In this document: positions 18,371-28,552 of the stretch, piece by piece
Numbering within the stretch: position 1 is the first letter of the stretch
Layout: the number at the start of each line of letters is the position of its first letter
Origin: Gemmatimonadales bacterium UBA2988
GTDB lineage: Bacteria; Gemmatimonadota; Gemmatimonadetes; Longimicrobiales; Gaopeijiaceae
Reading direction: 5' to 3'
Assembly (NCBI GenBank): GCA_002346665.1
Contig: DEAG01000011.1
Coordinates: 6,589 to 70,588 of the forward strand
Length of the DNA: 64,000 nt
Program-made: the position numbers and the translations under genes
The notes under the pieces: model-generated
Database searches by the model: none
The model's input: the letters and a program-made list of their open reading frames with translations, nothing else
Told to the model about the DNA's origin: nothing

Positions 18371-19434
18371 GGGGAATCATCGGTCATGCATATCAGCCCA
18401 CGCCCTACCCCTCCCGACTCGAGATTCTCAAGGCCGCGGTTGACGTCGTCGAGGGAGTACTCGTGGGTGACAAGCTGTTCCGCCCTGAGCTTCCCGGCGA
18501 GGCACAGTTCCGCATATCGCGGAATGTCCCGGTCCGGAACGGTCTCCCCTCCCCACGTCCCCACAATTCTCTTCCCTCTGATCAGCTCCATGGGGTCAAG
18601 AGACAGCATTTCTCCGAAGGGCAGATTACCCGCGATCACGCACAGTCCGCCGTTCTCTCGAACACAGCGGAAAGCCAATGCCATGCTCGACTGCTTGCCC
18701 GCTGCCTCGATCGAGTAATCTACCCCGCGACCATGTGTGACTTCGAGGATGCTCGCCAACGGGTCCTGGGCCCGGGCGTTCACCACGTGGGTAGCACCGG
18801 CCCGGCGTGCCAGTTCGAGCTTATGATCCAGCACGTCAACCGCGATCACTTGGGATGCATCCGAGAGGGCAGCGGCGAGGACAGCACTCAGCCCGATTCC
18901 TCCCACTCCAAAGATGGCTACGCTATTTCCTTCTGCGACTTGGGCGGTGTTGAAAACAACGCCAGCGCCTGTGGGAAACGCACAGCCCAGGAGGGCCCCT
19001 TCACGCAATGGGACATCGTCCGGAATCCGCGTGACCCGATTCTCGCAGGTGACGGTTTGGAGCATGAAGGTGCTCATAGCCCCCGAGTTTATGGACCCCT
19101 CATCACTCCCGTAAACGGTGGATGGCACGTCAGCGCCGTTACCCTTGATCCACGACAGCACCACGCGATCCCCCGGTTTGACTTTCCCGACACCTGGACC
19201 GGTCTCTAGAACCGTTCCCGAGCCTTCGTGTCCGAGAGTATGTGGGAGGAACCGGTCCTCGCCTCGCTTGCCACGGGCCTCGAGTAGTTGCGTATGGCAG
19301 ATTCCACTGTATGCGATGTCGACAATAAGCTGGCCCGGCTTTAGCGGGGGAGTCGAGAGCTGAATAACGCGTAACGGCTCACCCAGTTCGAAAAGGACAG
19401 CGGCTTGTGTTTCCACAGTTAACGGCGGCTCCAT
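18367..19434 (-). CDS. zinc-type medium-chain alcohol dehydrogenase
   Basis: GICHTQL, GHEGSGTV and GVGGIGLSAV (NAD fold). Start trimmed to ATG 19434 (MEPPLTVETQAAVL). Confidence 0.8.
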   Translation of the reverse strand: MEPPLTVETQAAVLFELGEPLRVIQLSTPPLKPGQLIVDIAYSGICHTQLLEARGKRGEDRFLPHTLGHEGSGTVLETGPGVGKVKPGDRVVLSWIKGNGADVPSTVYGSDEGSINSGAMSTFMLQTVTCENRVTRIPDDVPLREGALLGCAFPTGAGVVFNTAQVAEGNSVAIFGVGGIGLSAVLAAALSDASQVIAVDVLDHKLELARRAGATHVVNARAQDPLASILEVTHGRGVDYSIEAAGKQSSMALAFRCVRENGGLCVIAGNLPFGEMLSLDPMELIRGKRIVGTWGGETVPDRDIPRYAELCLAGKLRAEQLVTHEYSLDDVNRGLENLESGGVGRGLICMTDDSP

Positions 19435-19949
19435 ACGGAGTGATAGGTGAGAAGTCCGAGTATAGATAAGCTGTCGACCATCTCTTCTCCGTTGATCATG
19501 TCCAAACAGCGAGAGAGAGGAACCCACTCATGACGTTCCACTTCTTTAGGTTGTGGTTCCCGGTCAGTCGTAGAGAAGTCGTGCGTCAGGAATATACGAG
19601 TCGGGTTATGCAAGGTATCGAGTCCTGGATGGAAAGTGATCAGCGGTGTCAGGTTCTTGCACCGCACCCCAGTCTCTTCCAAGCACTCTCGCACTGCACT
19701 CACCTCAGGTGTCTCTCCCCGATCTACCCTACCGCCCGGTATCTCCCAGGAAGGACCGTCAATCAGGAGGCGATACTGTTGGACTAGAAGGATGGATTCA
19801 CCTCGTACCACGATCAGGCCAGTACGCCAACCGTAATCGGTTACGTAGTACTCCTTCGAGAAGGCGCCAAAATCAGCATGTACGCGATATACCTGCTGAT
19901 AGCTGTTCTCGTATACGACTTCCCGGGGACCGATCCGAGGCACATCCAT
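19419..19949 (-). CDS. NUDIX hydrolase
   Basis: Nudix box GGRVDRGETPEVSAVRECLEETG. Confidence 0.85.
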   Translation of the reverse strand: MDVPRIGPREVVYENSYQQVYRVHADFGAFSKEYYVTDYGWRTGLIVVRGESILLVQQYRLLIDGPSWEIPGGRVDRGETPEVSAVRECLEETGVRCKNLTPLITFHPGLDTLHNPTRIFLTHDFSTTDREPQPKEVERHEWVPLSRCLDMINGEEMVDSLSILGLLTYHSVWSRR

Positions 19950-19990
19950 GTAAACCTCTTCCTCTAGCTTTCTATCACTACGTCACCGGA

Positions 19991-20650
19991 TTACTCGGCG
20001 ATGAACCAGTAATAATCTCCCGTGTAGCCGACCTCTTCAAAAAGCTTTTTCCAATCATCAACATGCATATAGGTCAAGGCAGTCAGGTTCCATTTGAGCA
20101 TGCGCTCATGCTCTTCCTCTGTCCGCCAGGCGTCGATGACTATGAACGAGCCTCCTCGGCTTACCCTCTCGACCTCCGAGATTGCCTGTTTGCACTTCCC
20201 TAGGGGAAGATTGTGGGCCGTATTGATCGAGATTACCAAATCGAACGATCCGTCATCGTACGGAAGCTCCTTGGCATCCCCCACTTCGAGGAATGGCTTC
20301 ATCTCCTCCATTGCGTTATCGATCGCATACTCGGACACGTCGACTCCCACAATGTTCGCACTGGGCATGAGCTGCTTAAAGTCATACAACATGAACCCCT
20401 TGCCGCACCCCACATCCAGGATAGAAGCATCGTCTCGCAGCGCATAATGGTCCCGCAAGCGCTCAACGGTCGCCTGCCAGAACCTAGGGTGGTAGGAGTA
20501 GCCTCCATAACCGTACAACCGATCCCCGTCGAAGAACTCCTCGCCGAACTGGCGCGCAACGCGGCGATGTTCGTCGGTGATCAGTCGTGCTCGTTCTTCA
20601 ATCGGACGCGGACTCCGTGGATATTGATCCATCAGGTTGATTTCAGCCAT
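19991..20650 (-). CDS. class I SAM-dependent methyltransferase
   Basis: Motif I ILDVGCGKGFML, then DLVISINTAHN. Confidence 0.8.
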   Translation of the reverse strand: MAEINLMDQYPRSPRPIEERARLITDEHRRVARQFGEEFFDGDRLYGYGGYSYHPRFWQATVERLRDHYALRDDASILDVGCGKGFMLYDFKQLMPSANIVGVDVSEYAIDNAMEEMKPFLEVGDAKELPYDDGSFDLVISINTAHNLPLGKCKQAISEVERVSRGGSFIVIDAWRTEEEHERMLKWNLTALTYMHVDDWKKLFEEVGYTGDYYWFIAE

Positions 20651-20651
20651 T

Positions 20652-21533
20652 TTACGTCTTCTGGAGTAGATTCGTCTCGAAGTACCTGGATGTTTCAGCC
20701 AGCCCTTGCTCGAGGTCCGTAAAAAGGAAGCCGGGAAGTGCAGACAGCAGCCTCGCAGGGCTCACACCCTGGTCCACTTTGGGCCTATCTCGCTCAACGT
20801 ATTCGATGCGGACATCGCGCCCGGTAAGTTGCGCTACACACGCCACGATCTGCTGGAACGAATGGCTCTGGCCGCTAGCCACGTTGAACGTCCCGACCCT
20901 ATCACCCAGAGCGAATTGAACCGTGATGCGTACCACATCACGGTAGAACACATAGTCACGGAGTTCGCTCCCATCCCCGAACAGTGTTACCTGCCCGTGA
21001 AGCATCATTGATCGGATGAATCTCGCCGGACCATACGTCTCCAGATGATCACCCGGACCATAGATCTTACACGGCCGTAGACAGACAAAGGGGGTACCAG
21101 TTTCGCGCGCAACCTGTCCGATCAGACACTCGCCTACAAACTTAGCGGCCCCATATGGGTTGGTCGGCGCGATCGGGGTTTCCTCGGTGACCTCCAAATT
21201 CGTCGAGGAGTCCCCGTACACAGACACGCTGCTGAAATAGAGACATCGCGCAACCGGACACTGCTCTAGGGCCCGTGCAATGTTTGTGGCCATAGCCACG
21301 TCCTCCATGAACCCCTCGAACGAACCGTGGGCGTGACGCGAGCGTGTAACAACAATGAGCACAGTTCGTGTGTCCAACTCTGCGCACAGGGTATCGAGAC
21401 AGTCGGGGGACGTCAGATCAAGCGTATCGGAATTAAGTCCAACCGCCTCTACTCCCTCGGCATGCAGCTCTCCGAGGAGAGCCTGGCCGACAAATCCACT
21501 GCCTCCGACTATTGTCACCTTGGGCGTCGGCAT
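20652..21533 (-). CDS. extended-SDR NAD(P)-dependent sugar epimerase/4-ketoreductase (RmlD-like)
   Basis: VTIVGGSGFVGQAL and YGAAKFVGE (YxxxK). Start trimmed to ATG 21533 (MPTPKVTIVGG). Confidence 0.75.
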   Translation of the reverse strand: MPTPKVTIVGGSGFVGQALLGELHAEGVEAVGLNSDTLDLTSPDCLDTLCAELDTRTVLIVVTRSRHAHGSFEGFMEDVAMATNIARALEQCPVARCLYFSSVSVYGDSSTNLEVTEETPIAPTNPYGAAKFVGECLIGQVARETGTPFVCLRPCKIYGPGDHLETYGPARFIRSMMLHGQVTLFGDGSELRDYVFYRDVVRITVQFALGDRVGTFNVASGQSHSFQQIVACVAQLTGRDVRIEYVERDRPKVDQGVSPARLLSALPGFLFTDLEQGLAETSRYFETNLLQKT

Positions 21534-21549
21534 AGAAACGAAGTACCGA

Positions 21550-22548
21550 TCAGACCTTGTGGACGTAGGAGAGCGGTTCGTGCTGAATCTGCGACCAGTT
21601 GGCCTCAATCCACTCGACCACTTCATCGATACCCTGGCCTAAGGGCACTTGAGGCGCCCAATCCAACTCCCGTTCGGCCGTGGAACAATCGAGCCAATAA
21701 CGTGCGTCCTGTCCAAGCCTCTCTTCAACGACTTGGATTGCAGTATCAAAGTCTCTCCCCATTCGTGAGCAGACCTCTCGCACTACGTCTGCCACGCTCT
21801 GGTCACTGGGCACGGTAAAGTGGTACGTCCCAGTAGTGCCACGCTCGATCGCACTAACAACCCCAGCTACAACATCACGGACGTGGATGAATGACTTCAT
21901 CGCCCTTCCACCTCCGTGGAGCTCGAGGGTCCTTCCCAACTTCAGGTAGATCGCCGTGCGGGGTATGATCTTGAAGAGTTGCTGGTGAGCTCCGTACACG
22001 TTGGTCGACCGAATGATGGTGACCGGGAAATCAAAGTTCTCCTGGAGGGTGTTCAGGTACATGTCCGCCGCAGCCTTTGAGATTGCGTAAGGTGTGCTAG
22101 GACGAAAGGGGGCGGCCTCCGTCAGAGGAGTCGGGCAAGTCCCGAAGATCTCGGCGGAAGAGATATGCACATAGCGCTCAAGGTACGCACACCGGCGAAG
22201 GTGGTCGCATAGCCGAGCCACTCCGAGGGTGTTCGTATCAAAGTACTCTACCGGGCGCTCATGGCTGAGAGCCACCTCACTCAACGCGGCTACGTTGATA
22301 ACCACCTGAGGCTGTATTTCCTGGAGCGAGCTAATCAACTCATCGAATTGCCGAACCAGATCGATGCTTCGGAACTCGAAACGAGGATTATCGTGACGCT
22401 TGTACGGCAGGAACAGTGGCTTGTACTCAGGCGAGCGGCTGATGCCCACAACTTCATTACTGGGGTTCTCTAACAAAGCATCGACGATATGGCTTCCCGT
22501 AAAGCAGTTACTACCGATCACCATGAATGATGTCGGAGTTACAGTCAT
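21550..22548 (-). CDS. NDP-hexose 4,6-dehydratase-like extended SDR
   Basis: [29 protein letters not shown] and [13 protein letters not shown] overlap with the upstream gene. Confidence 0.7.
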   Translation of the reverse strand: MTVTPTSFMVIGSNCFTGSHIVDALLENPSNEVVGISRSPEYKPLFLPYKRHDNPRFEFRSIDLVRQFDELISSLQEIQPQVVINVAALSEVALSHERPVEYFDTNTLGVARLCDHLRRCAYLERYVHISSAEIFGTCPTPLTEAAPFRPSTPYAISKAAADMYLNTLQENFDFPVTIIRSTNVYGAHQQLFKIIPRTAIYLKLGRTLELHGGGRAMKSFIHVRDVVAGVVSAIERGTTGTYHFTVPSDQSVADVVREVCSRMGRDFDTAIQVVEERLGQDARYWLDCSTAERELDWAPQVPLGQGIDEVVEWIEANWSQIQHEPLSYVHKV

Positions 22549-23675
22549 GCCGATTTTCCTGAGTGAAAGGAATGAACCTTATCGATCATGTAATCGAGCT
22601 CTTCCGGAGTCAGGTGCTGATGGGCTGGCAGTGTGATGATTGTCCCGCAATCCCGCTCGCACACGGGGAAATCTCCTTCCCGGTAACCGAGATGCTCGGC
22701 CGCGACCTGCAGATGAACGGGGATCGGGTAATGAACCTTGGCTTCGATTCCCTTCTCTTGCAGGTATTCCAGCAGACCGTCTCTGCGGCGAGCGCGGATC
22801 ACGTACAGGTGGAATACGTGCTTCACACCTTGGCGACGTCGCGGAATCAACACCGACTCGCCGAGGTCGGCGAGAGCTTCATCTAGTTTTCGTGCGTTGG
22901 AGATACGCTGTTCGGTGATCCACTCGACCTGATCGATCAGGCGATTACCGATCACGGCATGGAGGCTGTCAAGTCGCGAGTTGCCGCCAAAAATGGAAAC
23001 CTCGTCACGACCCACTAGGCCGTGGTTTCGGATGAGTCGCAGTTTCTCGGTAAGCTCAGTCGAACGTGTTACGACCACACCGCCATCACCCCACACATTA
23101 AGATTCTTCAGCGGGTGCAGGCTAAAGCATGCCGCATCTCCCCACGAACCCACAGGTTGGCCGTCAATCTCAGCCGAGATCGACTGACACGCGTCCTCCA
23201 CAACCGCCAAACCGTGCTCTCGGGCGATCTCCATAATCCTGGGCATGTCCGCCACGTTACCGGTGTAATGAACCGGGAGTATAGCCTTCGTACGGGATGA
23301 GATCGCCGCTTCGATGCCTTCGGGATCGATCACGAATCCGTCCTCACTATCCACGAACACGGGACGCGCTCCCGTCATCGCGATAGCTCCAACGGTAGCG
23401 ATGAAAGTCATCGGAGTCGTGATAACCTCATCTCCCGGCCCAATCCCGAGCGCCTTGAGAGTGAGCGCGATGGCATCCGTGCCACTACCCACGCCAACAG
23501 CGAAAGGCGCCCTACAGAGGGCCGCGAACCTTCGCTCGAACTCCTCTACTGCAGCACCAAGGGTGAAGTCACCCGTGGCAACGAGCTTGCGCAAGTCTTC
23601 GAGATAGTCATCTACATCCGCAAACTGTCTGTCTAGGTACGAAAACCTCACGTTCATCGACGGCTCCATGATCAT
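22545..23675 (-). CDS. DegT/DnrJ/EryC1/StrS-family sugar aminotransferase
   Basis: [37 protein letters not shown] and a C-terminal [18 protein letters not shown]. Confidence 0.85.
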   Translation of the reverse strand: MIMEPSMNVRFSYLDRQFADVDDYLEDLRKLVATGDFTLGAAVEEFERRFAALCRAPFAVGVGSGTDAIALTLKALGIGPGDEVITTPMTFIATVGAIAMTGARPVFVDSEDGFVIDPEGIEAAISSRTKAILPVHYTGNVADMPRIMEIAREHGLAVVEDACQSISAEIDGQPVGSWGDAACFSLHPLKNLNVWGDGGVVVTRSTELTEKLRLIRNHGLVGRDEVSIFGGNSRLDSLHAVIGNRLIDQVEWITEQRISNARKLDEALADLGESVLIPRRRQGVKHVFHLYVIRARRRDGLLEYLQEKGIEAKVHYPIPVHLQVAAEHLGYREGDFPVCERDCGTIITLPAHQHLTPEELDYMIDKVHSFHSGKSA

Positions 23676-24815
23676 TTACGTTCGGTAGAACTCATGCACA
23701 GCTCCTACGACCTGTTCCAGCTGACTCGACTGTAACTCGGGATAGACAGGTAAGCTCACGATTCTTGTCACCTGGTGCTCCGTCACGGGAAAGCTGCCTG
23801 GCGGATTCCCGAGCTCGGCGGCTGCAGGCTGGAGGTGGATAGGTACCGGGTAGTGGACTGCCGTGCCAACCCCCCGCCTCTTCAGGTGAGCGCGCAATTC
23901 GTCACGACGCTCGGCCTGAATGACAAAGGTGTGGTAAACCGCTCGCTCATGAAGCGCGTCAATCGGCACCACGACCTCCTCAAGTGATCCCAACTCAGCC
24001 TGATAATAGGCTGCGTTTGCACGGCGCTTCGCCGTCCATCGACCCAGGTATTTGAGTTTCACGAGAAGCACAGCAGCTTGCAGCGCATCAAGCCGCGAGT
24101 TGGTGCTCCACGTCACGCACTCGTCACGGGTACGTAGTCCCAGATTTCGCATAACCCGGAGCTTCTCATAGAGATTTTCGTCGTCCGTGGTTACCACGCC
24201 TCCATCACCGCACGCGTTGAGCGTTTTTAGGGGGTGAAAGCTGAAGCATCCAACATGTCCCAACGACCCTGCCCGGCGACCCCGGTACTCAGCCATCACC
24301 GCTTGAGCGCAATCCTCTATCACCAGCAACCCAAACTCTCTCGCAATCTCCACAATCTCGTCCATAGCAGCAGGGCGCCCAGTCAGATGCACCGGCATGA
24401 TCGCCTTCGTGCTCGGCGTAATCGCCTCAGCGATACGCCCGGGATCGATGTTGTAATCTTCCCCCACATCCACGAAAACCGGACGAGCCCCGGCTAACCC
24501 TATGGATCCGGCGCTAGCAACAAAAGAGTTGGGAGCCGTGATTACTTCGTCACCCTCACCGTCGCCCACGCCGAGGGCCCTAAGGGCTAGGACGAGTGCA
24601 TCTGTTCCGGAATTCACTCCCACGGCGAAACGCACGCCGCATAGCTTGGCGAAGTCGCGCTCGAAGCGCTCCACCTCTTCGCCCAGAATGAACTGGCCTA
24701 GGGTGATGACGGTATCGATCGCCTCGAGCAGCTCTTCTTTTATAGCCACGTGCTGGCCCGCAATGTCCACGTACGGAACCTGCCGCACGGGCGTCGACAT
24801 TAGTGTGCTGGACAT
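23676..24815 (-). CDS. DegT/DnrJ/EryC1/StrS-family sugar aminotransferase (second, adjacent copy)
   Basis: FAVGVNSGTDALVLALRALGVG, VITAPNSFVAS and VSLPVYPELQSSQLEQVV. Confidence 0.85.
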   Translation of the reverse strand: MSSTLMSTPVRQVPYVDIAGQHVAIKEELLEAIDTVITLGQFILGEEVERFERDFAKLCGVRFAVGVNSGTDALVLALRALGVGDGEGDEVITAPNSFVASAGSIGLAGARPVFVDVGEDYNIDPGRIAEAITPSTKAIMPVHLTGRPAAMDEIVEIAREFGLLVIEDCAQAVMAEYRGRRAGSLGHVGCFSFHPLKTLNACGDGGVVTTDDENLYEKLRVMRNLGLRTRDECVTWSTNSRLDALQAAVLLVKLKYLGRWTAKRRANAAYYQAELGSLEEVVVPIDALHERAVYHTFVIQAERRDELRAHLKRRGVGTAVHYPVPIHLQPAAAELGNPPGSFPVTEHQVTRIVSLPVYPELQSSQLEQVVGAVHEFYRT

Positions 24816-24825
24816 TGTGTCGTAC

Positions 24826-25884
24826 TTAGAAGGGGCCAGCGAAGCTTGGGTCGGGAATATCTTCAGGAACTGATGGCTCTTCTACTATGCCCGTGGGACT
24901 GAGCCCGAACATTGCCCTTCCGGCAGAAGCTATCTCTGCCGCCCGGGGATAAAAGCGGTTCGCGATAGCCGGAGTACTGGGAGACGGACAGTCCGGAAGG
25001 CCGATTCGGTGAGGGGGGTGCTTGAGCTTGGCGAAAGCTCGTTCCGCAGTGAATGCAACCACCTCGGCACCAATGCCGAAAGACTTCCAACCAGTATCGG
25101 CTACGATGAGACGGCCTGTCTTGCCCACGGAATCTAGTATGGCCTCCTGATCCAGCGGCCTTAATGTCCGGATATCCAGGACCTCAGCTTCGATCCCGTC
25201 CTCCGACATCACCTCCGCTGCCTGCAGGGCCTCCAAGGTCATGTATGAACTGCTCGCGATGGTCACATCGCTACCCTCCCGCACGACTCGGGCTGCGCCG
25301 AGGGGCACACTGTATACACCCTCCGGCACATGGCCTTTGACATTGTGAAGCCACCGATGCTCGATGAATATGACTGGGTTGTTGTCCTGGATGCTTGCAA
25401 TAAGCAATCCCTTGGCATCGTAAGGCACTGTGGGCATCACGACCTTGAGTCCAGGTACGTGGGCAAACCAAGCCTGCAGGCTCTGCGAGTGCTGAGGACC
25501 TTGCCCCCAGCCGCGCCCGACCACCAGGCGAATCACCAGCGGCAAGTTGCCCCCTCGGCCGCCAAACATGTAATGCCAATTCGCAGCCTGGTTGACGATC
25601 TGCTCCATGCTCAGTAACGCGAAGTCGAGTCGCTGATGCACCAAGATTGGGCGCATCCCCACTAGCGCACTGCCGACTGCGACCCCCGTCATGGCGTTCT
25701 CGGACGTCGGCACGTCGAACACCCGATCAGGGCCGTACTTCTCCTGAAGCCCGACGGTCGTCCCGAAAACGCCCTTCGGGTCCGGCACCCCGAGCCCCAT
25801 TAGGTACACTGTCGGATCCTCGGCCATGCAGAGATCGGTAGCTTCCCTAACTGCCTGAGCAAAGGTTATTTCTCTGTCAGGCAT
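24826..25884 (-). CDS. ThDP-dependent 2-oxoacid dehydrogenase E1 component, beta subunit (transketolase-like)
   Basis: KYGPDRVFDVPTSENAMTGVAVGSALVGMRPI, plus a C-terminal transketolase-C-like region (VTIASSSYMTLEAL). Confidence 0.85.
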   Translation of the reverse strand: MPDREITFAQAVREATDLCMAEDPTVYLMGLGVPDPKGVFGTTVGLQEKYGPDRVFDVPTSENAMTGVAVGSALVGMRPILVHQRLDFALLSMEQIVNQAANWHYMFGGRGGNLPLVIRLVVGRGWGQGPQHSQSLQAWFAHVPGLKVVMPTVPYDAKGLLIASIQDNNPVIFIEHRWLHNVKGHVPEGVYSVPLGAARVVREGSDVTIASSSYMTLEALQAAEVMSEDGIEAEVLDIRTLRPLDQEAILDSVGKTGRLIVADTGWKSFGIGAEVVAFTAERAFAKLKHPPHRIGLPDCPSPSTPAIANRFYPRAAEIASAGRAMFGLSPTGIVEEPSVPEDIPDPSFAGPF

Positions 25885-25902
25885 CGGACTCCGTTTTCCG
25901 AG

Positions 25903-26880
25903 TCAGGGTGCATAGACATCCTCCATTAGATTACTCTCATCCGGGAATGAACTCTGCTTGGCATACGCAACCGCGTTCTCGATCTCCTCACCCACTTGGC
26001 TCCTCATGCGCTTTATGTCCGGAGGAGACAGGGTACCTTCTTCTAGTAGGCGAGTCTCCAGTCTCTCTATGGGGCAACGTGCTTTCCACTGTTGAAATTC
26101 GACTTCGGTCCGATAGCCGATCTCGTTGTCATAGGCAGGACCACAGTGCTCGCGCCAGCGATAGGTCTTGAACTCAACGAATCTCGGTCCTCCGCCTCCG
26201 CGCGCTTCTTTAATTAGCCGCCTGGAAAGATTGTATACCTCCACCACATCGTTCCCATCGGCCTCATGGCTCTCGATGCCATGTCCCTGGGCCAGATCGA
26301 TCACTGATTGGCCCTCTGGCTGCCGCACACCTAAGGGGGAATACACGGAATAGAGGTTATTCTCACAGACGAACACTACGGGGAGTCGCTCGAGGGCAGC
26401 AAAATTGAGGCTCTCATGGAACACGCCTTCCTCGCATGCGGCCTCTCCGAAAAAGCTCACCACTGCTCGCTCCTCACCCCTCATTACCGACGCCCGGGCT
26501 GCGCCCACTGACATCGGAATCGTGCTACCCACGATTGCGGTCGCCCCGAGAAACCCGACAGAACGGTCAAGAAGGTGCATCGATCCCCCCTTGCCCTGAC
26601 AGCAACCGGTTACCTTGCCATACATCTCGGCCATCATCGCTGGGAGATCGCCCCCCTTGGCGAGGTAGTGACCGTGGGATCTGTGCCCACTCATAACGTA
26701 GTCGTCCACGGACAGATTCTCGCACACGCCCACGGACACCGCCTCTTGGCCGATGCATAGGTGCACCGGACACCTCATCTCCTGTTCATAATAGAGATCC
26801 GCGATCCGCTCTTCTATGATCCGGATGCGAAGCATCCCAAAATACAGATCGCGCAGCAAAGCAGCATTCATTGACGACAT
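25903..26880 (-). CDS. ThDP-dependent 2-oxoacid dehydrogenase E1 component, alpha subunit
   Basis: RCPVHLCIGQEAVSVG, GGSMHL, VVSFFGEAACEEGVFHESLNFA and VVFVCENNLYS (ThDP-binding fold). Confidence 0.85.
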   Translation of the reverse strand: MSSMNAALLRDLYFGMLRIRIIEERIADLYYEQEMRCPVHLCIGQEAVSVGVCENLSVDDYVMSGHRSHGHYLAKGGDLPAMMAEMYGKVTGCCQGKGGSMHLLDRSVGFLGATAIVGSTIPMSVGAARASVMRGEERAVVSFFGEAACEEGVFHESLNFAALERLPVVFVCENNLYSVYSPLGVRQPEGQSVIDLAQGHGIESHEADGNDVVEVYNLSRRLIKEARGGGGPRFVEFKTYRWREHCGPAYDNEIGYRTEVEFQQWKARCPIERLETRLLEEGTLSPPDIKRMRSQVGEEIENAVAYAKQSSFPDESNLMEDVYAP

Positions 26881-26881
26881 G

Positions 26882-27898
26882 CTATTCCAAGTTCAGTTGC
26901 TGCATCGTGTTGATGTTGTAGTAACGACCATCGGTGAGTGAATCGGGAAGCTTGCCGGCACGGAACGCGCTCACCAGTTCCTCCACCGCATCCGCGATCG
27001 TCCGCCTTGCTGTGAAGTTTAGCTCGCGCGCAATCTTCTCTGACGAGATACGATAGGAGCGCGGATCGTTAGACTCGGTTGTCACAACCTCGATCGGACC
27101 TCGATCGGGCATTTCCTTCTCCACCACCCCACGAACAACCTCGGCGAGTTCAGAGAGTTTGTGGTTTTCGTAACCCGCATTGTATGTCCTGCCAGCGATA
27201 CTCTCTTTCGGTAGTCGCAAAAGCAGTACATAGAGATCCACCATGTCCTGAATGTGAATATTGGGCCGCATCTGAGTTCCCCCAAAAATAGTGATGCGTC
27301 CTTTGTTCACGGCGTGATTAGTGAGAATGTTCACTATCACATCGAGTCTCTGTCGCGGCGAGTACCCGCAAACTGTTGCTGGCCGAATCACGACTGTCGT
27401 GAAGTCTTCCGATTGACGATTGAGCAATATGGGCTCACAAAGCCCCTTGTACTTGTTGTAGTCAGTGATTGGCAGCAGCGGGTGGTCCTCAGTGACGTTT
27501 TCAGCCTCACTGACGCCGTACACACTCGACGTGGATGCATAAATAAATCGCCTTACACCACCCTCTTCGGATATGTCGACAAGCGGGCTGAATGCGTCAT
27601 AGTTGATAGAACGGCTCAACCCGGGGTCAAGCTCGAAGCTCGGATCGTTAGAGATGCAGGCTAAATGGAGAACCGTGTCGCAGCCCTTAACCGCCCGCCG
27701 AAGCACATCTTGGTCTCGAATGTCCCCTTTGATCTGCTCTAGCCCAGGGTGGCTCTTGACGGCGTCCAGCACATGATCGCCGAACAGATAGAGATCTAGA
27801 ACGCGAACGCTGAACCCTTCTGCGAGCAAGCGAGGCACCAGTACAGCCCCGACGTAACCCGCACCACCCGTTACGAGTACCTGCCGTGCAGTATTCAT
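26882..27898 (-). CDS. extended-SDR NAD-dependent sugar epimerase/dehydratase
   Basis: VLVTGGAGYVGAVLVPRLL and YNKYKGLCE (YxxxK). Start trimmed to ATG 27898 (ATGA overlap with the GmhA stop). Confidence 0.75.
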   Translation of the reverse strand: MNTARQVLVTGGAGYVGAVLVPRLLAEGFSVRVLDLYLFGDHVLDAVKSHPGLEQIKGDIRDQDVLRRAVKGCDTVLHLACISNDPSFELDPGLSRSINYDAFSPLVDISEEGGVRRFIYASTSSVYGVSEAENVTEDHPLLPITDYNKYKGLCEPILLNRQSEDFTTVVIRPATVCGYSPRQRLDVIVNILTNHAVNKGRITIFGGTQMRPNIHIQDMVDLYVLLLRLPKESIAGRTYNAGYENHKLSELAEVVRGVVEKEMPDRGPIEVVTTESNDPRSYRISSEKIARELNFTARRTIADAVEELVSAFRAGKLPDSLTDGRYYNINTMQQLNLE

Positions 27899-28494
27899 TT
27901 GACTTGGCTGGTCTCCTGGTCTGTCAGCGCTCTTGTCATTGCGCAATCGGTGAGAAAGTGTGCGAGAACGGAGTGTGCCATTTCTACATTGCCATACAAA
28001 TCAGATGGCACGTAAAAGTTGAGTTCTCCGGTGGCCCGCAAGGGATTCTGGGCGCTGAAACCGGAGAACGTGATTACCTGGCACTTACGTTCCACCGCAG
28101 CCCGCGTACTGTGTAGAATATTCTCAGATCGACCTGAGCTACTGATAGCGATGAGGAGATCATCCGGATCTGCCCAGAGATCAACCAAACCAGGAAAGGC
28201 AGATTCGTATCCATCGTCGTTCGAGATCGCGGTCAGCAGCGGCGCCTCATTGAATACCAGAGCTCGCACTCCGACCACTTTGCACAGGTCATTCTGCATG
28301 TGGCTCGCGATCGCCGCGCTACCGCCATTACCCACGAGTATAGCTTTGTGGGCAGCAGGCCCGAGCGATTCGATCATCGCCACAGCTCTCGCCGCGCCCT
28401 CATCGAGGTTCACGCTGACACCGCTACTGTCGGTTACCTGAATGCCCAACAGAGCACTAGTGAAATCACGGAAATACGCGGATATATCGCTCAC
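27895..28494 (-). CDS. gmhA: D-sedoheptulose-7-phosphate isomerase (SIS domain)
   Basis: ILVGNGGSAAIASHMQNDL and LLIAISSSGRSENIL, 199 aa. Confidence 0.8.
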   Translation of the reverse strand: MSDISAYFRDFTSALLGIQVTDSSGVSVNLDEGAARAVAMIESLGPAAHKAILVGNGGSAAIASHMQNDLCKVVGVRALVFNEAPLLTAISNDDGYESAFPGLVDLWADPDDLLIAISSSGRSENILHSTRAAVERKCQVITFSGFSAQNPLRATGELNFYVPSDLYGNVEMAHSVLAHFLTDCAMTRALTDQETSQVK

Positions 28495-28552
28495 GATACC
28501 ATTATGTATAGGGTTGCCCCGAGTATGTGTATGAACCCTGACGAAGAGCTGT

